DNA of 64,000 bases, taken from the NCBI RefSeq assembly GCF_001194135.2, contig NC_068982.1, positions 51,522,987 through 51,586,986 on the forward strand, read 5' to 3'. The notes beneath the pieces were generated by a model. The model worked only from the letters and a program-made list of their open reading frames with translations. It ran no database searches and was not told the DNA's origin. The stretch is from Octopus bimaculoides (Eukaryota). Shown here in pieces: positions 22,950 through 36,059 of this stretch (positions within the stretch are counted from its first letter, which is position 1; every line of letters begins with the position of its first letter). The position numbers and the translations under genes were made by a program.

Positions 22950-25393
22950 CTGTTTACACCTCCTACCAACCATGAGGAAGTTTAGCATTGCCACCCATCC
23001 ATTATGTATCTGTCCATGTAAATTATGAACCTTAATGTCTGTAGATTTTCCCAATCCTTCATCCTCACTGTCATCATTCTTTCAACTCTGGTTTCCACAC
23101 ACACACACACACAATTGTATGAATTGAACTAAATTCATTGACATCATTCCATGGTCAGATTCCTTTCTTGATGCTGACCTGTTCTTCGAGTAAGGCATAT
23201 CTTTTATTGGTTTTCATATTAAAGCCACCAACCTACAGGATGTATTGTCTACATAAACATAACATCAGCATCACTGAAATGGTATCAATGCAAAAGTATA
23301 CAGAAATAAACACTCATGCACATACATGCATGTACATACACACACACACACACATTATATATATATATATACATACATGTATATATTTATATAGAACAGC
23401 TTCTGTATGGTTTTTTTGTCAACTTCTGTCACAAGACATCGAGACAAAGGCTATAAGAATGCACTGAAGGTGCCATGCACCAGGTGGGGACTTGAAACTA
23501 TATGGTTAAAGAACAAACTTGTTCACTACACAGTCATTGTTGTGCATACACACACACACTATTTCATAAATATAACTGCAATTTAAAGAATTCATAAAGC
23601 TATTTTTGTAAGTATAGATTGCAAATTTCTTGTTTTGTTCTAAATGGCTGATATTTTTTAAGTAGTAGAAGGAATTTGATATACAGTTTCCTTTTAATCT
23701 GCACAAAAGCTAGTGGGGGAGGAGATTCCTGGTGTGGCATGGTGAAACATATCTCAGTTGCAACCACTTGGAAAAGACAAGTTTAAAGAACACAGTGCAA
23801 ATTTCATTAAATAAGATTCTTTTCACTTGAATATTTTATAGCAAACAAGACATTCAGGAACATAGCAATCTTATGTGAAATTATCTACACTCTTACTTAT
23901 TTTCCATTGTTCATGAATACCCTGCAGGGATCTTGGGATGATGTACTCTATACTTTTTATCCTATTAATGACAAAGGTTTATATGTTGAACACAATGAAT
24001 TTTATGTTATTAAAGATTAAATTGGAGATTATACTCAAATTGTTTGGGTTCAGTGTTGAGGCTATGACACATTTCTCATTCAGTTTTTTGTTTTTATTTT
24101 ATAGATGTATTTAGGTCAAGAAAGTTAGAGAGAAAGGGAGTTTGTTTTTCTTTCTATTTGATATAAATAATAAACAAAATGTTTAGATTAGAGTAAATTC
24201 TGTTTTAAATGAGAACGAAAACCTGGCAGAAAAGTCCTTTTTATTTATACATTTTATATATTAGTTTGTTTTTTTGTTTGTTTTGAGATTCTTATTAGAC
24301 TATTCATAATTTGTTTACAACTTACCTAATTCAGATTCATCTTACAAGTTATCTTTTTGTCTTACCCAGTACTGAGTTTAACTTGACTTAATCTCTTAAT
24401 AAGAGGATGAAGATTTATGAAAATAGACAAAATTTAATAAATCTTATGCAGCACTTTTATTCTGTTATTGTTAGCAAGACTGTAGATTATTTATATTTTA
24501 TTTTCAAATATTTGATGATTTTATGTTTGGACGTAACTAAATCACAAAAAGCTACAGCAATTCATTTAAATCAGTCTCATAATACCTTGTGTGATTTGCT
24601 TTTAAATATTTGCTTTTCTCTTGCATTGAGGACAACTAACATAAATCTTTTCATAAGTTAATCAGAGGAAAGGTAAAGCCCAGGATTTTGGCAGGCACTT
24701 TTAGCCTGGTGAGATTAATATGGCTGATATTGAGATTAAACATTGGTAGTCAATGTTTGCAGAAAATATGTGACTGCATAATTCCAATGATTGCAGTCCT
24801 GATGAGGAAGACCAAGGCAAAATGTTTCTTGCAAGATCTGAGAGGAGAAATAGTGATGGAATGGAAGAAAATTATAGGTATAGTAGTAGAAGAGGCCAAG
24901 GGAGAAAACTGCACAGGTAACCTAGTGAATATGTATTGGTGAGTGATTCCTTGCCAGTTAGGATGTCTATGAGCAGCTTTGTCCTTTATATATGAGTTAG
25001 TTGTACTTCAGTGTGGGTTTCATTTGAGTTTTGTAGTAGTGCAACAACTGATCAGAACTGAAATTGTGTCTTTACATCGAAGTAATCCTTGTGATACTGC
25101 TTAGATACTGTTATACTACACAGAATTGATGATGACTTGATACATTGTTCTGTCCTTTCACTGATTGTTTTAGGTAGCAGACATTGAGATTCTCTCAGAA
25201 CGTAACAGCTCGAAGGAAATAGGACTACACTAACACTTGGTTATCACTTTAGTGATCCTGAAAGCTTGGAAGGCAAGGTTGACCACAACAAAATAGAGCA
25301 CAAAAAGCTAGAATACACATAAAGCATTTTATCTGACATTCTAATGACTCTAGTATATGGTTGTCTTGGTACTGTTTATATGTGTGTGTGTGC

Positions 25394-25755
25394 AGGCATG
25401 ATCGTGTGGCTAAGAAGCTTACTTCCCAACCCTGTGGTTTCAGGTTCAGTCCTACTGTGCAACACCTTAGGTAAGTGTCTCCTATTGAAAACCCTTGGTT
25501 GAGCAAAGCATTGTGAGTGAATTTGGTAGACAGAAGGTGAAAGAAGTGCATGTGTGTTATTGTTTCTTTGTCTTAGCATCATGTGATGGTTGTAAATGAA
25601 TGTTGCCATCATACAAGCAATATTATTGTTTGTAATCTTCCAAGAAATGCATGTCTAGCCATGACAAAATGTTACTTTGCTTGGAAACTTGTGAGGACTG
25701 GCAACAGAAAGACCATCCAATGTAGCATGACAAATTGGATGTTAAAACAATGATG
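25394..25755 (+). mobile_element. SINE with family-A head and family-E body plus RTE-like (GAT) tail
   Basis: Head GCAGGCATGATCGTGTGGCTAAGAAGC, body GCATCATGTGATGGTTGTAAATG and tail GGATGTTAAAACAATGATG. Confidence 0.8.
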
Positions 25756-27950
25756 TATGTGTTTGTGAAAACAAAAAATAATTGAGACTTCGTTTTTTGG
25801 CTCCATTAACTCTTTTCTTTAGCGATCTAAAATTTTCCTTTAACTTTTCCTAATAGCTATAAAATAGCTGCAATTTGTTTTATAGCTTTTAAACTTTAAT
25901 TTGAAAAGTTACAATTGGCTTAGAGTTGGATATAGCTTATCTCCACTTGAGACAGAAGTCTTTAGCCTATATGGGCACTGTACTAATTTATCTTTCCCAA
26001 AAATTATTAAAATCACTGGTCCATATTTCACTTAGGTACTTTTTCAATGAAGGGCCTTACCCAAAATGTCAGATATCTCTTCTTTCTCACTGTAAACTTA
26101 TTCCACTGTTGAACTTTTAATAAATATGTGCCATGACAATGTACTTAAAGCAGTGTTTTGTTGCAACACATTACAATGTTCTTGTTAGCTTATTATTATG
26201 ATAGTCTTCTGTTGTTCCCTAATGATATAATGTGTTGATAAATATGACTTCTAACTTTATTTAAAGCATAACTACTAATAGTTAAATTTAAATAGTGTTT
26301 TTTAAGGGAATAGTTTATCAAAACATTTTCTTTGTTTTTTTTTTAGGGGTTTTTTTTTTTTCTGCTTTTGATAACTTATAAGTTGTCTAAAAATAGCAAT
26401 ATATATACATACGCATATACATTCAGTTTTTGAATTCATGAATTTTAAACTGACACATTATTAATGAAATAGGTTATTTAAGCCACTACTAATGAACAGT
26501 AAATTGAATGTTTCATTTATCAAGCTAACAGTTTAGCTGTAAACTTTCGGAATTTTCATTTCTGAACACATCCCATATCAACTTTTTTTCCTTACATCAT
26601 TATTAAGAGTAGTAGTACAAGTAGTAGTAACAGTATGAAATTAACTCTGGGCAACTTCTTTTTCTAGTAACTAAATTTAATGGCTTAGGCATCTCTTATA
26701 AACGAAGTGATTCTTTAGCTAAATTTAAATTCATGGTAGTGACACAGATTCCTGATTGTATCAGAACTAGTTGTTGGGTAAAGGCTGTAAGATTGTTAGT
26801 ATATTATTTTTTTTATTTTCTGAAGTTTATAGTCTTTTTAATTGCTGGTTGGCCATAATTTTTGAATTTTAAAAGCTAATTTTAGAATTACATTGATTCA
26901 TCTTGTTAGAGAGTTTATGAAACTTAGTCTTAGTGGACAATCTTCAGTGGAAATAATATTAAAAAAGCAATGTAAGATCTTATTAACCTTCAAATGGAAT
27001 TCCATAATTCTTTCTTGATGACTGAATTTTTTTAATTTTTTTTTTCTTCTATGATACAGGATTCTTTGTTATAAACTGTTCAGACAACAAATTGCCAGGC
27101 ATTAGAGAACTCTTGAATCTTATTACAATCACATATTTTTTCTTTCTCAGCTAAAGCTTTTATTCATTCAGCCTTGAGCTAGAATTCTGAAATGAAACAG
27201 ATTAGATTTATATATTATTTTGAAAATTAATACTTGTTCAGAAATATCTACTAGATTTTTGGATGTAAACAGTGGGTCATTTTGCTGTTGCATGTTGTTT
27301 TCTCCATTGTCTTTGGCTAAACAGTATCAGCTAAAGACATTTGTCCTTGGGTTGGCTGGGTGGGCTTAATGAATGCTTGTCACTGAAAAAGAAAAAGGAA
27401 ACAACTTCTGATTACCAATCAATTGCTTACTAGATATGGTGGTCCATTTTGCTTAACTAATGTTTTGTTAAATTGGTAGCTTTTTCTGTAGTCAAGGATC
27501 TTGTTAAAATTATGAAAATTTTCCTTTTTTTTTCTTCTTTTAGTATGTAAAATGTAAATTAGGAGTCAGGCATTTGTTTTGTTAACACAATTTAAAATAA
27601 AATTTGAATACTTTTGTCTGAAGCAGCATTTTTAAAAGCATTTAAAAATATTGCATGTCTAGCAAGATATTAGATGGTTAGCTTGCAAAATATGGGATAG
27701 GTTTCTCTGATTCAACAAACTCTAGACATTTTTCATATTTGATGTTATCTATTTCCCAGTTGTTGTTTTGGTTATGAAACAGCACTGATCAAACAAATTT
27801 ATAACACACATTTGAATGACTGGATGTAATTCACAGACTTCAGATCTCCAGAAATACCATTCCTTTGCCTAGTTGAAGACTATATCCTACCATGACATAC
27901 AGTGATTTATCAAAGCAAGCTAAGCATGTTTTATTTTCTCTATTTTGCAG

Positions 27951-28004
27951 TTTATTCTAGCATGCCTGTAAGCTCTTTTGCCAGTCACAATAAAGGCAAA
28001 TCAA
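27951..28004 (+). CDS. Candidate 54-nt symmetric exon (YSSMPVSSFASHNKGKS), phase 1-1
   Basis: Strong acceptor TTTTATTTTCTCTATTTTGCAG and donor AA|GTGAGC. Length is a multiple of 3 with an open frame. Confidence 0.35.
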
Positions 28005-30594
28005 GTGAGCTTGTCTAGAGCAAGACAATTACAGTTCTTTTACATACATACTTGCGTGTGTGTTAGTGTGCATCCCAGACAGCTTTTTACACTAATGAGG
28101 TCACTAAGGCTGCTGTTATTTTTATGAGTATTTGTTTTTCATGTTCATTTGGAGTGAGTGAGAATGATAGCACTCTTACTATTTTGTTGTACCTGTATTT
28201 GAGGTGATAAAGAACACTGCAATAACAAACTGTTCTTTGCATACTCATGTAGTTTGTTATTTTAAGTCCTTTTTTTATATTTTTCATTGTTTACATGTAT
28301 AATGTAAAGTATACTAATTTATCAAACAAGTGGTGTCCTCCAGTGGACAATTTTGTCATGATATTTGTTGGGATTAGGAGTTTGAATTTGAAACTAAGAA
28401 ATAAGGGGAAAAAATGCTGAGAATCCACATTCATTTATTTATTTTGATACTTATTTATGAAGTTCTTATAATTTGTAGTCGGTGGAAAGAAATTTCTTTC
28501 TTTTTAGATATTGTCAGCATGACATAACTTGAGATATATTAAAACATTTTAAGCAAGATCTCTCTTATAGATGGAAAATGTGTTTGTTATGATTTGTTCT
28601 GTGATTGAGAACTGCCATGATCTTGTATTACTATTTCTTTATGTTGGTCAAATATGCTGTCCATATATTTTCACTTTCCCTACTAGGACTTTTGTAGATA
28701 TGTTAGATGACATAAGTAATTTTTTTCAAATATTGCTGTAGATACTATAGAGATGCCATTAGTAATTCTTGTATATATTGTAGAGATACCACAGGTAATT
28801 CTAAGTTTTTTAGTCTTAGGTGTGATAGATTTATGTTGTTGTTTAACCTCTGTATTTCAGTTACAACCATCTCATTTATTTTTCCGGTCAAGCAATCAGT
28901 TAAGTAGTGCATTATCCTATTTGTGCTTGGTTTGTTACTCTGATAGATAGGGATTTGAGGGGTTACAGTTCCCATATAGAGATCTCCTTATTGGCTTGTA
29001 TGTTTATGCTGAGTGATAGTTGGTTATATTTCTTCTTTAGTGTTGCTGCTAACGCAATAGAGAGTCTTCCCCCCCCCCCCTGTATCTATGTGGTTGATGT
29101 AGAGCTAGAGTAGCTGTGCAGCTGTGGATGATGACAGGAAGTAACTGAGATATTATTTTCCTATGAGTGCAGGCATAGCTGTGAGATTAAAATGCTTGTT
29201 TTTTAGTTGTGCAACTCCAGTTTTGATCTTCCTGTTGCACATCACTTTGAACAATAGTCTTCTATTATAGTATCAGGTTGATCAATGTTTCAAAAGTGGA
29301 ATTTAGTAGCTGGAAATGATGCAGAATCCTATCCCATTGTGTATGCATGTGTATCGTTAAGAAAATTTCTAATAAACATACACATCAAACAAAATACCTT
29401 ACCAGAGTCACACTCATTCACTCACTTTCACACGCACCAACTCTTGTTATTTGGAAAACAGTCAACCAATGACTTATTGGCTCATTGAAAACCTATAACT
29501 AAAGATGCTGTAGTTTATAAGAATGCCTAATATAAAATTTTTTTTAAATCAAAAATATGTATTTATTAAGCTTGTAATTTGCGACACTGAATGTGCTGTT
29601 TTGCTTGAGAAATAATTTTGCAACCAGTAAAATAATATAGAAAAAAATTCTTTTTATTAGTATAAGTAGAACTGATCCAATACCATTTCTAACACATAGC
29701 AATAGAGGAATTTTTATATGACACTGAAACTTAACTGGATATTTGATACCATATTATAATGCTTTATAAAACTAACTGAAACTGGCTATCTAGACATCAG
29801 ATGGATAATTAATTCATGAAACACTTGCTTGGTAACACACATATGCAATCTCTGATTATCCTAATAGATTTATCTGAGGGATTTACTATGTACCACTTGA
29901 GAAAGCTGGAGCAATATTTATCAGATGATAGATATACAGAAAAGAGGTCAGACCCCTAAAAGAAAATTCTGAAATATATTTCTTATTACCCTGCAGCTGT
30001 TATTATCAATATTTGATCTGAAGATTTTAAATCCTTCATGACTTCTAGCTATGGTACACATTTTAAGCTCTTTTAGTTAAATAATTATTGCTCACAATTT
30101 TGTAGATTCCAGGTGTTCAGATACCAGTTTCCATACCAATTATAAATATATCCAGTGTAGCTTTGAAACTTACTGAAGGAATTGGAAGCAGATTTGTAAA
30201 AGCTATATTATCTATTATATTATATTACATTCATCATCATTTTATGACTGCATTTCCAAGCTAACATGAGTTGGAATGAGTTGTTACAGTAATTGCATTA
30301 AGTTAGGTATGCTATTGGTTTACTTAGAATAAACAGTAAATATTTTTCTATGCTTCAATAGCTGTTAAATTTATTCAGTTATATATATATATAAGGCCAG
30401 GACCTGCCAATTTGTCTCATGCAAAAACATACATATATAGTTGTTTTCTTTGATGTTACCACTATCCCCCCCTCTATCTGTCTGTCTGTCTGTCTGCATG
30501 TATGTATGTATGTATGTATGTAGTGTTTATGTGTATGTGTGTGCATATATGTGTATATTTATGTGTGTATATTCTGAAAGGAATATACCTTTCA

Positions 30595-30940
30595 GAGATG
30601 ACTGAAAAGACATGAAGCTAGCATGCTCCATTGGACCATTGGATGTGCAATGTAAGTGTACATGAATGACAAAGTACAAATGCATTAGGAGAAAAACTGG
30701 ACATACGAGGAATTAAATGTAGTCTGCAAGAGAGAAAACCACTGGTATGGACATGGGCACAGCTGTATAAAAAAGTGTTGGTGACTTAATATGAATGAAG
30801 CTTGCAGAAGAAAGAGACTCAGGAAGATATGGGACAAAGTGGTGAAGATTGATTTCAAGACCTTGAACCTTGTAAAGGATTTGACAAAGGATGATGATAT
30901 GCAGTTCTTGATAAGGCCTATCCACCTCAGCAAAACTGAA
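30595..30940 (+). pseudogene. RTE LINE ORF C-terminal fragment
   Basis: Translates as EASMLHW, MCNVSVHE, EKLDIRGIKCSLQER and RRKRLRKIWDKVVKIDFKTLNL, matching the RTE pattern RLRWYGHV...GRGRPRKTWDEVV. Confidence 0.85.
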
Positions 30941-31384
30941 ATTCTGGAAGCACAATGTGCGTGTGTGTGTGTGTGTGTGTGTGTACACAATTCCATACCA
31001 CAGGATTATGCTTGTATCTTCATAGTTGGGCATATATATATATATCTTGTTCTTCATTTTTTTAATGGTATATTCAGTTTGTAATTGCTGGTCACAGTGT
31101 AAGTTCTTCACCTTCAGATATATTCCAGTGTGTTATTTTTGATGGAAAATGTATCGGTTCTTCATTTTCTGTTTGTCATCATTTTTCATCTTTTTGTTAC
31201 ATTCTTTTTATGTACATTTTTTCTGATATTTTGAATTTGATATTTGCTCATAATACTTCATTGTTTTATATGTATGATTACATTTCTGTAGTATATTTTC
31301 CATTATTAATGTTTGGTTAAGGATAAGCACATATGTTACATTAAACAAAATGTTTTGCAATATTTGTTCATTTTTCGTTCATCT

Positions 31385-31795
31385 TTTTAAGTTCTTAGTT
31401 CAAATGCCACCATGGTTGATATTGCTTTTCATCCTTTCAGGATCAACAAAATAAGTACCAGTCGAACACTAGGGTCAATGTAATTGACTTAGCCCCTCCC
31501 TGAACTTGCTGGCCCTGTGCTAAAATTTGAAACCAATATTTGTTCTAGCTCTTTGTGTTCTGCTTTCAAATTCCAATAAGATTAACTTTTCATTTCATCC
31601 TACTAAGGTTGATAAATAAAGTGCTAATCAAGTACTGGGAGTGATTTGACTCTATCCCTTCTCCAAGTTTCTAGCCTATTAATCCCATTAAGGTCAACTT
31701 TACATTCCATCCTACTGTCATTAATAAAATGAAATAAAAAGTGCTAGTCAAGTACTTGGGATGATATATTTGACTAAATCCCACCTGTGAAAAAT
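31385..31795 (+). mobile_element. Three head-to-tail partial SINE family B copies
   Basis: The core TTTCATCC...TAAAATAAGT..AGT occurs three times, near 31425, 31590 and 31705. Confidence 0.75.
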
Positions 31796-31999
31796 TATTT
31801 TTAATGTTGGTTATATCCTTAGTTTTATAGATGTGACAAACAGTTTCGCTCTGTAGATATATAACCCTATAATCTACTCATAGGAGAGGTCATGTAGGGG
31901 CTATCATTTTCTTCCCCTGATACCTGACACTGGCTGTAGAATCTGTTACTGCAAACACCCACCATTGCATTGTGAATGTGGTTTTATCATCTAATCAGT

Positions 32000-32330
32000 G
32001 AAGGCACATTGCTCAGTGTTTAGAGCATTGGGCTCACAATCATGAGGTAATGAATTCAATTCTTGGACCGGGTTATATATTTTGTTTTTGGGCAAGACAC
32101 TATTTCCAGTTCACTCAGTTGTAGAAAGGAGTTATAACATCACTGGTGCCACACTGTATCAGCTTTTGCCATCCTCTGGCATATCATTGCTGGCATGGAG
32201 AAGAGAGGCTGGTAGGCATGGGCTACTGCTGGTCTTCCATAAACAACCTTGCCTGGATTTGTGCCTTGGAGGATAACTTACTGTGTGCAATCCCATGGTC
32301 ATTCATGATCGAAGGGGTTATTTTGCCCAT
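32000..32330 (+). mobile_element. tRNA-headed SINE (family-F head, different 3' body)
   Basis: Head GCTCAGTGTTTAGAGCATTGGGCTCACAATCATGAGG...TTCAATTC, then GGGCAAGACACT. Confidence 0.65.
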
Positions 32331-33512
32331 CTAATCAGTGACACCTTGTCTCTACAAAAGTGTAGGTTTAAACATATGCCCCCCAAAATCTCTGGTTATA
32401 TTCTTGGTTTTTCATCTGAGATTTTACTCATGGATTTGCCACTTTAGTTATATTGTTTTTCATAGTTTATCATTCTTAGAAATGAATTCTACTTAATTTG
32501 CTGTGGCCATTGATCCTCTCTGAATATTGTTGAATATTTGTAACAATTCATTGTCCATGCTCTTGTTTTAAATCTTTAGTCATCTTTTTCTTTGTTTTTT
32601 TTTTTATATTCAATTCTTGAGCTGTGTTGTTTGTTTTCTTTCTTGTATATTTAATGTTATATTGATCTTATTTTTGAGATTAATATCCTTGTCTATAGAG
32701 ATCTTATTTTGGTATCATTTGCTATATTAATTCATTTTTCATAAAATCTTATGTGCATTCTTCTTTTTTTTTTCATATCGTTTGCTATTCATCTTTAGTG
32801 ATATACTCAGTTCCTCATGTTTGGTTGTAGTCTTAGATATTCATCTTTGGTTATATTGCTGGATGTTAATCTTTGGTTGTATTCTTGGTTATTTGGGGTT
32901 TTCTTTAGGCTCTTTTTTTTCTTTCTTACATTGTTGGGTGTTGGTTCTTTTCCTTCAATTTTGGTAAAAAAAAAAATATTGATTTACTACTTTAGGTATA
33001 TTATTGGTTCTTAAGCATATGTAATATCTTTGGTTCTTCATTGTAAATCTTTGATGATTTTTACATTCTTTGTTCTTAATTTTTGTTTATATAGTTTGTT
33101 CCTTATGTTACAATCTTAATTTCATACATGTGACAGAAATAGCATTGTAAAGTAGTTTTATTTTAAAACTTACTGTACATAACATTTTTTGTTGTTCTTT
33201 CTTCCTGTGATATGAATATGTTCAAACCTGAACTAACTTGACCCTTAAATAAAGGCAACATCTAGTTGACCATGTGAGAATACTTACTGACTCAAGTAAA
33301 TAAAGTGCAATTTTTTCAAATCTCTGCCTTTGTGATTTATGAATTGTTACTGTCATTGTTTATTTAATAGGGAACCATTATCTTATTAATGTGAAGGGAA
33401 ATTCTTCACCTCCAGAAGAAAGGCAGACTCTTGGAATAAACAGGATTTTCTTGTGACAAGGATCATGAGTTAGAAGTTGTACCTTAATGACTTTACTTCA
33501 AATTTCTTGAAC

Positions 33513-33856
33513 AGGCATGGCTGTGTGGTAAGAAGTTTGCTTCTGAATTACATGGTTCTGGGTTCAGCCCCTCACAGTATGGAACCTCAGGCAGTGCCTT
33601 GTGAGCGGATTTGGTAAATGGAAACCGAAAGAAGCTAATCATGTGTGTGTGTGTGTTTGTCCCGCACCATTGATTGACTATTGGTATTGGCTTATTTATG
33701 TCTTAATAACTTAGTAGTTTGGAAAAAGAAAGTGACAGAATAAGTACCAGGCTTTAAAAAAAATAAGTACTGGGGTCGATGTGTTTAACTGGACCCTTCA
33801 AGGTGGTGCCCCTGCATGGTTGCAGTCCAATGACTGAAACAAGTAAAAGATAAAAG
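33513..33856 (+). mobile_element. SINE family A copy
   Basis: Head CAGGCATGGCTGTGTGGTAAGAAG and tail GACTGAAACAAGTAAAAGATAAAAG. Confidence 0.9.
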
Positions 33857-34409
33857 AACTAAATGGGGACTATTACACATCCCATTGTATCGAGTAGAAT
33901 GAAAGTCTTTAATGTTAATCCATGTGGTGGCAAGCATTATACATTGTGCTTAAATACTTGGAAGTAAATTTGGAAAAGTTGTTCTGATGTAAGCATTTAT
34001 CATGATTACACAGTCATATTTGATCTCCTGAAAACTGTTTCAATAACTTGCTGCTATTGGATTTCTTTTTTACTTAAGCTAAAAAGCAATAAGTTTTAGA
34101 AAATTTTTCAGGTTTAGCAATGCAAACCTGTATAACATCTTTATTAAAACTAAAGAACTGAGGTTCAATAAGTCACCAACAAGGTTACATTTGTCTTGGA
34201 TTTTAACTTAGCTAGTTATTTCTTCAAACTCAATGCAGTTCTTTTACATGAAGCATAAATTTGTTGAGTTCAATTTGTTTTTGTTTTCTGATGTTTTTCT
34301 GTATAATTAAAATTGCTTGTTTAAGCTTTTTAACATGTTTCCATAATGGTGAATTATTTATTAAAACTGATGTCAATATTAGAATAATGTTATTATTATT
34401 ATAAAGCAC

Positions 34410-34633
34410 TTAACCCTTTAGTATTTAAACCGGCCATATCCAGCCAAAATATTTAATCTGTTTTATGTTCAAACTGACCAGATCCAGGCTCTCACACCTA
34501 CCCTACAATGTTATTCTATATTAAGTAATTACACCATCAAGATCTTGAAGATGAGATAATGCATGATTAGTTCAAATCAATGTGAATCAATAAGCATATG
34601 TTTGATAGAATGATCTGAACACTAAAGGGTTAA
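34410..34633 (-). mobile_element. piggyBac-type MITE family P1, reverse orientation, directly followed by a SINE B copy
   Basis: Runs TTAA|CCCTTTAGTATT to ACACTAAAGGG|TTAA. Confidence 0.85.
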
Positions 34634-34858
34634 GGCAGTAAGTTGGCAAAATTGTTAGTACATTGGACAAAATACTTAGTGGTGTTTCTTCCAGCTTTAT
34701 GTTCTGAGTTCAAATGATGCCAAGGTCGACTTTGCCTTTCATCATTTTGTGATCAATGAAATAAGTATTAGTTTAGCTATGACAAGCAACTGAGACTTTT
34801 GGCGATTTACTATATTTAAGAAGACACATTTAGCTAAGTGAAATCATAGTTGTGGCCA

Positions 34859-35017
34859 GTGCCAGTGACACAAAAAAGGCACCCATGCTGGCGACACATA
34901 AAAGGCATTCATGCTGGTGACACGTAAAAAGGTACCTGTGCTGGTGACACATAAAAAGGCACCCATGCTGGCGACACATTAAAAGGCACCCATGCTGGCA
35001 ACACATATAGAGGCACC
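34859..35017 (+). repeat. Minisatellite of six 26-27-bp units inside an RTE 3'-UTR-derived element that extends to ~35170
   Basis: Units ~ATGCTGGYGACACATAAAAGGCACCC. The same motif occurs once per unit in the RTE UTR at 80-175. Confidence 0.9.
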
Positions 35018-35854
35018 GGTACATTCTGTGGAGTGGATGGCATTAGGAAAGGCATGCAGCGATAGTAACTAAGCCAAACAGACTGGTGCAGCTCTCTGGC
35101 TTACCAGTTCTAGTCAAACCATTTAACTCATGCCAGCTTGGAAAATGGATGCTAAATGATGATAATGATTAGCACTGGAGTTGATGTAATTGACTAGCCC
35201 TTTCCTCCCCGGCAAAATTTTCAGTCCTTGTGTTTATGATAGAAACAAATATTATCAAGCACTTTTGAGAATAACTGAGCAATTACTGGTGGTATAACTC
35301 TATACTGAGAATAGTCAAATTTATTGTGAACATCAACTTTACTGAGACTTCATAATAAAACTGGTGTCAGCAATTTTTCGCCATATCTGATTATAGCTAA
35401 TATTTGTTTAAAATCCCCACTAAAGACTACAACTTTTTCTTCAAAAGAGATGTACTCAAATTTTGGATCTACACTTTTTTTGTAAGATCTCTCAATTTCC
35501 TATCCAGTTATTTCCGATAGGAAGTAATTAAACGTAGTTAACTCATCCCAAATAATGACCTTAAAACAATGAGACATAGGTAACTCGTTCTATATAATGA
35601 CATTAAGCTAGAATGATATAAAGAGGTTTTTTACTCTGTATTGAGATACTGCAAATTGTACAATTAAAAATGGATTGAATGGAAGGGTTAATACAGAATC
35701 GAAAGTAGGAAGGTAGCTACAGCAGACAAGGCACTTGTTATTGCAATGTTTACTTCTTTACAAACACTGAACAATATTATATTGAAATGTTTTACTAGTT
35801 CCATCAATAAGATTAACATTAGATGTTGGTAAGAATTGATAATCAGTACCTTGA

Positions 35855-36055
35855 TTTAAAGCAGTATGCTGGGCAAAACGCTTAGCAACATTTCATCCTT
35901 CTTTATGTTCTGAGTTCAAATTTCGCCAAGGTTGACTTTGCTTTTCATCTTTCTGGGGTTGATAAAATAAGTACCAGTTGAACATTGGGGGTCGATGTAG
36001 TTGATTTTCTCCTCCCCTAAAATTGTTGGTCTTGTACCAGTATTTGAAATCAATT
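35855..36055 (+). mobile_element. SINE family B copy
   Basis: Contains GTTCTGAGTTCAAATTTCGCCAAGGTTGACTTTGCTTTTCATC and GATAAAATAAGTACCAGT. Confidence 0.85.
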
Positions 36056-36059
36056 AGCA

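Noticed and set aside
28742-28794. Apparent Cys-containing exon YYRDAISNSCIYCRDTT
   Set aside because: It coincides with a degenerate 33-bp tandem duplication (28737-28802), which explains the pattern without coding.
34859-35017. CRISPR-like array
   Set aside because: The units are contiguous with no unique spacers, there are no cas genes, and the context is a eukaryotic retroelement.
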